Shown: one piece after another, positions 37,246 through 48,394 of the stretch
How positions within the stretch are numbered: the stretch's first letter is position 1
Layout of the letters: every line of letters starts with the position of its first letter
Translations under genes and position numbers: made by a program
Assembly: GCA_026026165.1 (NCBI GenBank)
Contig: JAPEUD010000054.1
Span: 124,001-172,749 of the forward strand
From: Sarea resinae
Lineage: Eukaryota
Length of the DNA stretch: 48,749 bases
Direction of reading: 5' to 3'
The notes under the pieces: model-generated
Databases searched by the model: none
What the model was told of the DNA's origin: nothing
Seen by the model: only the letters and a program-made list of their open reading frames with translations

Positions 37246-38076
37246 TGTTATGGGCTTTTGGGTACAATTCAGTGGACGTCGTCATGAAAGCCTTACGCGG
37301 CGCGTTCCACTCTGGCTTTATGTTTTATCATGGATTCCGTTGATATTGCAAAGTTCAGTTATCGCATATCTCTAGCTATCTCATCAACGATAAAGGTTAT
37401 TTACTGAATTTGGGCCAGCCGAGGAACGGCACTGTCGGAGCTAAGAGATATTGCCGAGGTTGATGACTAAGGTAAGGTAAGGTACGGCATCCTCCGGGTT
37501 CTCGGTACATCCATCAGGTTCGGGCAACTCAATCGTCCAACCTTACGATTGATCACGGCGATCAAACAGGGTAACCTTGAGGGTCTGAAGGGCTTCTCAT
37601 TCTTCCTTGATCTAGCATTGCCTTTCACATCGGTAGACGAGTAGACCCAGGAGGAGGTGCGCGTGAAAGGGCGAAACCTAGGGTATTGACCTAATTCCCT
37701 ACTACTGCGCTGTACTGTGTAGGTCGATGCTTGGACGCCACACCCTGAACGTACTCCGGAGTACTTTGAGTACGTGCACACCAGCAGACTGAGTTATTAA
37801 TAGCCTGCACGTCTTCGGTACTCCCGCATCCGTTCGCTGGGAGCTGGACCACCTCAAGGTACGCGAGACTCCAGCAGAGAGACGCAGTACAGCCTTGAAT
37901 CCATGGATCTGATGGACGAGGTGCGATTGAAAATAGTCTGGATATCTACGCAGTATGGATCGCTCCCGGCTTTGGTCCTTCGATCAGCATTCAATGGCTT
38001 TCGTCATGTACTCATAGTACTGGCATGCTGGGCCAGGCGTGGAGCGTGGAACATGGGGGGGGCCCATGGGGCATCG

Positions 38077-38126
38077 AGCATGGAGCATGGAACATGGAAC
38101 ATGGAACATGAGGAATGGAACATGGA
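38077..38126 (+). repeat. Degenerate 7-mer tandem repeat (ACATGGA)n in the TES1/CPS1 divergent promoter
   Basis: agcatggagcatggaacatggaacatggaacatgaggaatggaacatgga read directly. Confidence 0.8.
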
Positions 38127-38706
38127 GAAAGGCCCTAGCCGTGCCTCTACGACGATATTGGGCCAGTTCGGTTTGGGAAATCTGATTCCATCCATCCATC
38201 CAATAGCCCACGCAAGAGGAACAGAGTCGGTACCTCCATCCTCCGTACTGCAGTAAAGGGTCCACGCAGAGAGAAGGGCGCAATACGGTACTTCTACTCA
38301 CTCAGTACGGGCCATTTGATAAGCAAGACCACTCCACGATGCTATTACGCAGTACGAGTAGTACTCCGGAGTACAAAGCGAGACCGTAGCTCGCCCGCGC
38401 AGTATCCATCGTACGAATCCGTGACGGTAGGAGGGAGGTACCGCCACCCAGCCGATGATAGACTGACTACATTGCTCTACTACCACACTCTGCCTACACT
38501 ACCTTACCTACCTACCTTACCCTGACCACTGTCTTCATGTTCCTGTGAGACTGCGAATGCGACACCGCCTGCGTCCTCGCACCCTCAATTCTCTCTCGAC
38601 GAGGACGGTCGCACTTCCTTACATGCAACCCCCTCCTTCTTTTTTTGGTCGGGTCTCCCACTGGCTCCCACTGGACTTCCCACAGGACTGAAGACGGTCC
38701 CCCATC

Positions 38707-41700
38707 ATGGCCGAGGATAATCCGGAGCTTCAGGCCAAGCTCGAAGAGCTAGACCGTGAATTTGAGGTCAGTCTCCACGCCCGCGCCATTGCAGAAGTCT
38801 GGCTAGTCGTCGGCCATGGCAAGAAGTGCTAATAGTGGAGTCTGAGTTCAGGAAGGAGACATCACGGAGAAAGGGTATGGTTGACGTCAATCCACTGTTC
38901 CTGCGTGGAGAAGAGAGCTGCATGGAGTTCGGGCTTGCCAAAGGACCAAGCTGTCTCTTCGACTCTTATCCTACTTTGAAGTCTGTCGAGAGCTAACCTC
39001 TGGTCGGGTGTTACCTTAGCTATCAAAAGCGACGTACCTACATTCTTTCCCAGTACCTGACAGCCTCCGAGACGGAGAGAGCCCAGAGAGGCCTACAGAT
39101 CCATTCACCGGACGACACAGCGCATCCATCGCATGATGGCTCGCGCGCTGCTTCCCTTTCCGCTTCCCTTGCCGCCCTACACGCTCGCTCAAATAGCGGC
39201 TCGTACTCTGTCAATGACGTCCCGCCGCCGGCATCTCCTCCCGCCGAATTGTCATCCCAGCGTTCCAGCTCCGGTAGGTTCAATACTTTCAACGGAGGTC
39301 CGGATGTACAGGTGACCATGGCTGGCACGCCAGGGCAGGAGTACCCGCAGAATCAGGTTGGCCGATTTCAGGAGAGGCAGCTCGGTGTCAGATTACCAGC
39401 CCAAAGATCTTCTTCCTACGCACGAGACTCTCTCTTTCTTCCTCGCCCAGAGAGCTCCGGAGATTACTCAATCGATCCGGATGTCTCACGCGAGCCCACG
39501 ATGATGTCCTCGGACTATGTCTTCAACCCTGCTGGCCAAGCGGAACTCGATGGACGACAGTCGACCATGTACAGCCCGCGCCAAGATGGACACAGCAGGC
39601 AAGGAACTATGCTGGACTATCAGCAGGGGTACTTTTCCGACTTTGCAGGACAGCAACATCAAGAGCAGCAGAGGGACAGCTACGGTGGCGGTCCGCACCG
39701 TTACTCTTCGAGTGATGCGTTTTCTCCAACGGCCGCGCTCGCCCCACCCATGTTAAATACGAGTGACATGTTGCCTCCGGGGATGGTCAGCCAGCCTCCT
39801 TTAGAGCCTCGTGATGTACCATTCGCTGTCTACGATCCACATAATGAGAACCTACCCATGTCGAAATTCGACAATATTGCCTCCGTTTTGCGCCACCGCA
39901 GCAGGACGAATCCGAAGCGGCCGGCCTACTGGGTCCTTGATCAAAAGGGCAAGGAGACTGCCTCGATCACCTGGGATAAGCTCACCAGTCGTGCTGAGAA
40001 AGTGGCTCAAGTCATCAGAGATAAGAGTAATCTGTACCGGGGTGATCGGGTCGCTTTGATCTACCGGGATGCGGAAATCATCGACTTCGCTGTTGCTCTC
40101 ATGGGTTGTTTCATTGCTGGAGTTGTCGCCGTACCGATCAACAATCCAGAAGATTATTCAAAGCTGAATGTGATCTTGACGTCCACGCAAGCGCATCTGG
40201 CCCTGACCACCGATAACAATCTCAAGCTCTTCCAGCGGGATATCACGACTCAGAAGCTGAACTGGCCAAGAGGTGTTGAATGGTGGAAGACGAACGAGTT
40301 CGGCAGCTTTCATCCAAAGAAAAAGGACGATGTGCCGCCCTTGCAGGTGCCTGACCTCGCCTACATCGAATTCTCGAGAGCTCCAACGGGCGATGTGCGG
40401 GGTGTCGTAATGAGCCATCGAACAATCATGCATCAGATGGCTTGCCTGAGCGCAATAATATGTACCGTTCCTGGGAATCAAGCCACCACTGACACCTTTA
40501 GCACGGGCCTGCGAGATAAAGGAGGACGACTGATGAACAGTACAGGGGCTGGAGAGATCTTACTGAGCTACCTTGATCCCCGGGAAAGTATCGGGATGAT
40601 ACTTGGTGTCCTCCTGACTGTCTACGGTGGACACACTACTGTCTGGATGGAGTCTCGAGCTGTAGAAACCCCGGGGCTCTATGCTCACCTCATTACCAAA
40701 TACAAGGCGACTCTCATGGTTGCCGACTATCCGGGCTTGAAAGGAGCAGCGTACAATTATCAGGCCGACCCAATGACCACACGGAACTTTAAGAAAAATG
40801 TGGACCCTAATTTCATGTCTGTGAAGCTCTGCTTGATTGACACCCTGACGGTCGATAGCGAGTTTCACGAAATCTTGGCCGATAGATGGCTAAGGCCATT
40901 AAGAAACCCAAGGGCGAGAGAAATTGTCGCTCCAATGCTGTGTCTGCCAGAACACGGTGGAATGGTCATAAGCATCCGAGACTGGCTTGGAGGAGAAGAG
41001 AGGATGGGGTGTCCTTTGAAACTGGATGTGATGCAAGAGGATGCTCCTCGAGAAGAGAAAAAGGATGAGAAGACAGATACAGCAGGCCAGACTGGGTATA
41101 GAAGCTTGATCGGAGGCGGAAAAGCGGAGTCCACGGACCAGAAGGGAAGAACAGAGCTCACCGAGGTGCTCTTAGATAAAGAAGCTCTCAAGACCAATGA
41201 GGTCGTTGTCGTCGCTATTGGGGAAGAGGCGAGAAAAAGGGCGGACACCGAGCCTGGCACGGTCCGAGTAGGGTCTTTTGGTTTTCCGATCCCTGATGCC
41301 ACCCTTGCAATCGTCGATCCGGAGACAAATCTACTGTGCACACCCAACGTGATTGGAGAGATCTGGGTCGACTCTCCTTCTCTTTCAGGGGGATTTTGGG
41401 CTTTACCAAAGCATACAGAAACTATCTTTCATGCCCGGCCTTACCGCTTTGAAGAAGGCAACCCCACTCCGATGGCGATCGAACCAGAGTTCCTGCGAAC
41501 TGGTCTGCTTGGATGCATCATTGAAGGCAAATTATTCGTTCTCGGTCTGTATGAAGATAGGTTGCGGCAGAAGGTCGAATGGATCGAGCATGGGGCGGAC
41601 TTGGCAGAATATCGCTATTTTTTCGTACAACACCTGATCATCAGCATCATGAAGAACGTGCCAAAAATATATGACTGGTGAGTCTAATCTTCGTCTTGCT

Positions 41701-44700
41701 TGCCATGTCTTTACTCACGTATCTAGCTCGGCTTTCGATGTCTTCGTGAATGAAGAGCATTTGCCAATTGTTCTACTCGAGTCCAATGCCGCTTCGACGG
41801 CACCGACAACATCCGGTGGACCTCCAAGGCAGCTTGACACAGCTCTCCTGGACTCTTTGTCGGAAAGGTGCATGGAGATCTTGTACCAGGAACACCACCT
41901 TCGTGTGTACTGCGTTATGATCACAGCTCCAAATACTCTCCCTCGAGTCACCAAAAATGGAAGAAAAGAAATTGGTAATATGCTTTGCCGGAAGGAATTT
42001 GACAATGGATCGCTTCCTTGTGTCCATGTAAAGTTCGGAGTTGCTCGAGCTGTTCTAAACTTGCCGTTGGGTGATGATCCCGTTAATGGCATCTGGTCGC
42101 CACTCACGACGGCAACGAGACAGCATAGTCTGGCGATGCAAGATAAGCAATACTCCGGCGTGGATTATCGAGAAGTCGTTATAGATGACAGGACCTCAAC
42201 CCCGTTAAACAACTTCTCGAGTATCGTTGATTTGCTGCAATGGCGTGTTGCACGGCAATCCGAGGAATTGTCCTATTGCACAATAGACGGCCGAGGCAAA
42301 GAAGGAAAAGGAATAACATGGAAGAAGCTGGATCTCAAAATTGCAGCAGTCGCCATGTACCTGAAAAACAAGGTCAAGGTCAACCCTGGGGACCATCTCA
42401 TACTCATGTACACCCACTCGGAAGAATTTGTTTACGCGATTCATGCGTGCTTCTGCTTGGGAGTTGTGGCTATGCCGATGGCCCCTCTTGATCAAAATCG
42501 CCTGAGTGAGGATGCTCCGGCATTATTACACATGATAGCCGACTTTCGGGTTAAAGCCATCCTTGTTAATACCGATGTTGATCATCTCCTCAAACAGAAG
42601 CCCGTCTCACAGCACATCAAGCAGTCCGCTCTCGTGCTCAAGGTCTCGATGCCTGGAATATATAATACTAACAAGCCTCCAAAGCAGACCAGTGGATGTA
42701 GGGATCTGGGCCTGACTATGAAACCTTCTTGGGTGCAGTCTGGCTTCCCCGTACTGGTCTGGACCTATTGGACTCCTGATCAAAGAAGAATGGCAGTCCA
42801 ATTGGGACATGATACAATCATGGGCACCTGCAAAGTGCAGAAAGAAACTTGCCAAATGACAAGTTCGCGGCCAGTCCTTGGTTGTGTGAGGAGCACCAGC
42901 GGTCTCGGGTTTGTACATACTTGCCTTATGGGCGTGTTTGTCGGTAAGCAGATAGTCTCTTCCATTGATACGCCTCAAGAAGCTCATGAACCTTTAGGAG
43001 CGCCTACCTATCTCGTATCTCCGGTGGACTATGCTCAGAATCCACAATCCCTTTTCCTCACGCTGTCAAGGTATAAAATAAAGGATACCTATGCTACGAC
43101 TCAGATGCTCGATCACGCCATGAGCGTAATGCCTGGAAAAGGATTCACCTTACATGAGTTAAAAAATATGATGATCTCATCAGAAGGAAGGCCAAGGGCC
43201 GACGTCTGTATGTTTTCTAAGAACCTGGTCAGATTCGGCCTCTTTACTAACCGCCATAAAGTCCAGAAAGTCCGACTTCATTTTGCAGCCACAGGTCTTG
43301 ATCGCACAGCGATCAATACCATTTACTCCCATGTCCTCAACCCAATGGTTGCTTCCCGCTCTTATATGTGCATTGAGCCGATCGAATTGTGGCTTGATAT
43401 AAGGGCTCTTCGGACGGGATTGGTCGTACCCGTTGATCCAGATACTGATCCATCTGCCTTGCTTCTCCAAGATTCCGGTATGGTTCCTGTCAGCACTCAG
43501 ATTGCAATCGTCAACCCCGAGACTTGTCGACTTTGCCATATTGGCGAGTATGGTGAGATATGGGTGCAATCTGAGGCCTGTGTCAAATCATTCTACGGGT
43601 CCAAAGATGCGTTTGACGTCGAACGATTCAACGGAAGAACCGTCGACGGTGATCCTCATGTCACATATGTAAGGACAGGAGACTTGGGGTTCTTACACAA
43701 TGTCAGTCGGCCGATTGGTCCTGGAGGTGCGCTAGTGGATATGCAAATCCTTTTCGTGTTAGGAGCTATTGGAGAGACTTTCGAGGTAAATGGTCTAAGC
43801 CATTTCCCTATGGATATCGAGAATTCCATTGAGAAGTGTCATCGCAACATCGTACCCGGTGGAAGGTAAGCGCGACTAGCAGTCCCCGCGTTGCCCAGTA
43901 ACGCTAATTTTGATCTTTTGCAGCGCCGTTTTCCAAGCAGGTGGTCTCGTCGTCGTCCTGGTGGAGGTCATTCGAAAAGCATATCTTGCATCAATCGTGC
44001 CTGTCATTGTCAACAGCATTCTCAACGAGCATCAAATTGTGGTCGACATAATCGCGTTCGTTTCCAAGGGAGACTTCCCGCGCTCGCGCCTGGGGGAGAA
44101 GCAACGAGGCAAAATCTTGGCCTCATGGGTAACCCGCAAGATGAGGACAATTGCTCAGTTTAGCATCAAAGATGGGGATGGTTCTGAAGCGCAGGGTACA
44201 GAAAATGCAGAAGCAAGAGGAGGCATGGCCCCGGCCGGGCTTGTAACTGGACTTGGCACTCCCAGCAGCCTAAAGCATGCTGAGAGTTCACCGGCGCTGG
44301 TGGAGCAGCAAGAGCAAGAGCATTTGGACCAGCTTGACTACGCTCCACTTCCCACAGGCATATCAGAAATGCCGACCCATTACAACGAGTCCATCCTTGA
44401 AACTCCGCCTGCAGAAGAGGAAGATACGATCAGAAGCGATGATACTCCCACCCAAAGCAGGACCAATCATGCCGAACTTCTCATGGGTGACCAGGAGATT
44501 CCCCACAACGGTGGCATATCCCAACCCTACGAGAATTACGATGATCACTTGCTTCAACATGGCGATGAACTCGACAAACAACCGCCGGAGCCCAGATATA
44601 ATAACAAGCCAGTGCTCAGCCTCCCTTCGGTGACAGGGAGAGAGACTCTTGACTCGACCTCGCATACGAATCGGCCCGGTGAGTTGCGGGCTGTCAACAT

Positions 44701-44824
44701 GAGCGATGAGGATGCGGATTATTGGCCGCAGGAGGCCATTATGCATATGAACCTCGCCAGTGGCAATGAAAGTACGGGCAGAGGTAATCGTTACGATGGC
44801 AATGAATACGGTAACGCAATTTAA
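38707..44824 (+). CDS. CPS1: CPS1/DIP2-like protein: N-terminal DMAP1-binding domain plus two degenerate adenylation (acyl-AMP ligase-like) domains; exons 38707..38766, 38852..38874, 39020..41677, 41727..42943, 42998..43207, 43262..43865, 43924..44824
   Basis: Spliced N-terminus ...LDREFEEGDITEKGYQKRRTYILSQYL (DMAP1-binding motif); two A-like modules (ITWDKLTSRAEKVA...LAYIEFS...GEIWVDS...FLRTGLLG; ITWKKL...GEIWVQS...YVRTGDLGFL); C-terminal FPRSRLGEKQRGKIL. The symbol refers to the filamentous-fungal acyl-CoA-ligase-like CPS1, not yeast carboxypeptidase S. Confidence 0.92.
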
Positions 44825-45347
44825 GGGTTTTCCTGTACATGTAGGTACTCACTTCGTTGATGCATATATTCCGGAGTTGGCCCTGGTTTCAGAGTTTGCA
44901 TGATGATAGGTTGCATGTTGAAAGTGGTGGGTTCCTTGGTCTAGAAAATTCATCACTGTTTTCAGCGTTGGGGAGCGATTTTGAGAGCGATGGCTATGCG
45001 TCGAGGGTTCAATGTTTGCTATTTCTCAAATTGAGCTGATGAAGAGTGGTGGTGATAACCTCCCCTGTGGTATCTTCTGAAAGATAAATCCACCGAGTCT
45101 ACTATATCTGGCAATGGGTCGGCCGTAAATAATATCAATATTCAATGATGCGCGGGCCCGAATATTCATGTACGGTTGGTAAGGTATGATGGTATGACCT
45201 CCCGCAGTAAATTGGCCATCTGCCGTTATTTACCTAGGTAGGCGGCAATCAACAGGGTCGGGACAAGGATTGAGGTGAGGGGCGGCAATTAGCCACCTAC
45301 CTAGGTAGGTACTGTCGGTAGCCAGGCACAATTCCTTTGTGGTGAGG

Positions 45348-45358
45348 CCGGAAATCGG
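45348..45358. promoter_or_regulatory. Candidate Leu3/LeuB-type everted CCG-N5-CGG site
   Basis: CCGGAAATCGG upstream of a leucine biosynthesis gene. Canonical Leu3 spacing is N4, so this is a variant. Confidence 0.3.
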
Positions 45359-45621
45359 GACTGGGGTGTACCTTGGGCGAAGTCTTTCTTCGGCCCCGCC
45401 ATGATATCAGGCGCGGGGTATCCTGGACGGGTCAAGTACGCGAAGTGGGATCAAGATGGTACCATCGAAGGAGCAGAGCGAGGCAGGCGACCTTGGTACT
45501 AGTCGAGTAGTGTGTACCCGTCGATTTGCGCCCATGAGAGAGACTCCGAACATCGCTTGGATGAAGATGTACGAAGGACGAAGTACTTGTTAGTTTTTAC
45601 GACGAGGCATCTACGACGAAT

Positions 45622-45629
45622 TGAGTCAT
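45622..45629 (-). promoter_or_regulatory. Gcn4/CpcA (cross-pathway control) site, distal
   Basis: Plus strand TGAGTCAT = ATGACTCA on minus, about 500 nt upstream of the isopropylmalate synthase ATG. Confidence 0.6.
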
Positions 45630-45888
45630 TCTCAATGGAAAGGCATGAGGCTTTGGACTCTGAAGATATGGGAATTCGTCAGTCTACAGTCTCTCGAGGT
45701 GGGCCTTGTACGGCAGTCATTCACTATCGGAAGTGAAAATGAGCACATAGGGTAGTAATCGGACCTATGTTGCGGGGGAAGTGAAAGTGGGAAGTTATCC
45801 ATATGCTACCATGGGCTGACGATCCCACTTGTACGAATACGTCTTGAAATTCTGTAGGGTGTCGAATGTGTGTGTGGGTAGGGCGCGG

Positions 45889-45896
45889 ATGACTCA
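45889..45896 (+). promoter_or_regulatory. Gcn4/CpcA (cross-pathway control) site, proximal
   Basis: ATGACTCA about 240 nt upstream of the ATG of an amino-acid biosynthetic gene. Confidence 0.65.
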
Positions 45897-46129
45897 AATC
45901 GAGCATCCCATATCAGCCAAAATTTGTGTACGCACACCGACACTATCACCTGCATCCTCCTCGCAAACCCAACGAAGCTATCTCAACGTTCAAGGCAGAC
46001 TTGCCCCTCCCCTCATTATTCCTCTCTTTCTCGCGCCATATTCTTCAAATCCCAAGCTCGGTCCCTCTGGTTTGCGCCGCTCTTTCAAGAGGACGTTCTG
46101 AACAGCGTCGCAGACACTCTCGCTTGAAA

Positions 46130-48251
46130 ATGGTCATGTACGTGAATCTTGCGAGGTCCTTTTCAAAATTCTAGCCTTGATCTCTGGAAATAACAGTGCT
46201 TCCGTGTAGGCTCAAAGATCCCTCGAAAAAGTACAAGGCCTTCAAGCCATTGGACTTGAAAGATCGGCAATGGCCCTCCAAGACCTTGACCAAGCCTCCA
46301 CGATGGCTTTCGACCGACTTGCGTGACGGGAACCAGAGCTTAGTTGACCCAATGGTATGAAATTGCGGCCCCGCTGATCAAACACTCGAGTGCCTACCTA
46401 CTCGCTCGATGAATTAGGCCAGCACTAGATCATTCAGAATGCAAGGCTAACGTTCTGGCATGACAGGATGGTGAACAAAAGTGGCGTTACTTTAAGATGC
46501 TCGTTGAGCTTGGCTACAAAGAGATTGAAGTGTCATTTCCCTCAGCTTCACAGACTGATTTTGACTTCACGCGTCGTTTGGTAGAGACACCCGGCGCGGT
46601 GCCGGATGATGTTTGGTTGCAGGTGCTCTCACCTTGTCGAGAGGACTTCATACGAAGGACGGTCGAGTCATTAAAAGGAGCGAAGAAGGCCCTTCTGCAC
46701 CTGTACTTGGCCACCAGCGAATGCTTCCAGAGGATAGTGTTCGGCTTCACGCCCGAGGAAAGCATAGAATTGGCCGTCAAATGCACAAAGTATGCCAGAT
46801 CCATTACGAAAGACGACCCGAGCCAAAAAGGGACGGAATGGGCCTACGAATTCTCCCCAGAGACATTTTCCGACTCCGACCCCGAATTCGTTCTGCGGAT
46901 CTGCGAAGCGGTCAAGGCAGCCTGGGAGCCGACAAAGGAGAACCCGATCATCTTCAATCTGCCCGCCACCGTCGAGATGTCTACCCCGAACGTATATGCC
47001 GATCAAATTGAATATTTTTGTCGGAACATGAGCGAGCGAGAAAAGATTTGCGTCTCTTTACATCCGCATAATGATAGAGGCTGCGCGGTTGCCGCAGCGG
47101 AGCTTGCTCAAATGGCCGGCGCAGATAGGGTGGAAGGCACTCTCTTTGGAAATGGCGAACGTACAGGGAATGTGGATCTTGTCACCCTTGCTCTGAACCT
47201 GTACACGCAAGGGGTTCATCCGAACATTGATTTCTCTGACATCAATTCTGTCATCGACATTGTTGAAGAAAGCAACAATATTCCTATACATGCCAGAACA
47301 CCCTACGGAGGTCAGCTCGTTGTGTGCGCCTTCAGTGGTTCACATCAAGACGCTATTAAGAAGGGGTTCAACCTCCGAAAGAAAGAGCATGCTACAGCAG
47401 AAGATGCCTGGCAGATGCCTTACTTGCCCATAGACCCCCAGGACATTGGCCGCACATACGAGGCTATTATTCGGGTGAACTCACAGAGCGGCAAAGGAGG
47501 CGTTGCGTGGATCATCCAACGCAGCTTGGAACTTGATCTGCCCCGTGGACTTCAAATTGCGTTTTCAAAGATCGTTCAGAAAAGCGCAGATCGTCTGGGA
47601 CGAGAACTCTTGCCTCGAGAGATCCAGAAACTTTTCGAAGATGCATATCATTTGAAAACCAATCCGAGATTTACCTTGGTCGACTACAATATCTCAACTG
47701 ACAAATCTGTTCAGGAAGATGGTGCAGACCAAAGCAAGTCGCAGAAAGCTCAGATGAAGAGACAATTTTCAGGGGTCATCGCTATCGATGGAATCGAGCA
47801 CAAGATCGAGGGCGTTGGTAACGGAGCTATCTCGTCCCTGGCCAATGCCCTACACACCCTGGGTATTGATCTTGATGTGGCAGACTACAAGGAGCATGCC
47901 ATCGGTGGGGGTCGGGACGTGAAAGCCGCCACTTTCATCGAGTGTACTGCTGCCGGATCAAAGGGCAAGGTTTGGGGCGTTGGAATCCACGAGGACGTGG
48001 TCCAAGCGTCTCTGATTGCATTGCTTTCTGCTGCGTCGTCGGTAAGTTACCTTTCCGTCTCTATTCGACTGCCTGTTGCTCACTGTATACCCAAGTTTAT
48101 CTCGACTCAACCAAACACACCAATTCCGTTCCGACCAAAGCGATCGGGAACGAATTCCGATGCTGACGTGTCCGGGTTGAAGCTCAACGGTGCACCCCCG
48201 AGCGGTCATGACGCAGATGCCGTTCTCCACGTAAAAGCCAACGGGATTTGA
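46130..48251 (+). CDS. LEU4: 2-isopropylmalate synthase (LEU4/leuC type); exons 46130..46137, 46210..46354, 46467..48041, 48096..48251
   Basis: [100 protein letters not shown], regulatory domain GNGAISS...VWGVG. Three GT-AG introns. Confidence 0.96.
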
Positions 48252-48394
48252 TTTATCGGTGTTTCCTTTCTTTTTTTGTCATCTGGGGCGTCCATGATTT
48301 GCCTACAAAAAGCTCTCTGTCAGTCAGTGTTAGACGCATGCATATAAGGGTCGCGGCAAAAGACGCTGTAAATTGATGCTCTCTGATCTCGGTG

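Noticed and set aside
38041..38126. Short tandem repeats as a CRISPR-like array
   Set aside because: 7-nt units without unique spacers in a eukaryotic genome; simple minisatellite.
38707..44824. CPS1 with neighbouring thioesterase and isopropylmalate synthase as an NRPS-like secondary metabolite cluster
   Set aside because: No thiolation or condensation domains; adenylation motifs are the degenerate DIP2 type and neighbours are conserved primary-metabolism genes.
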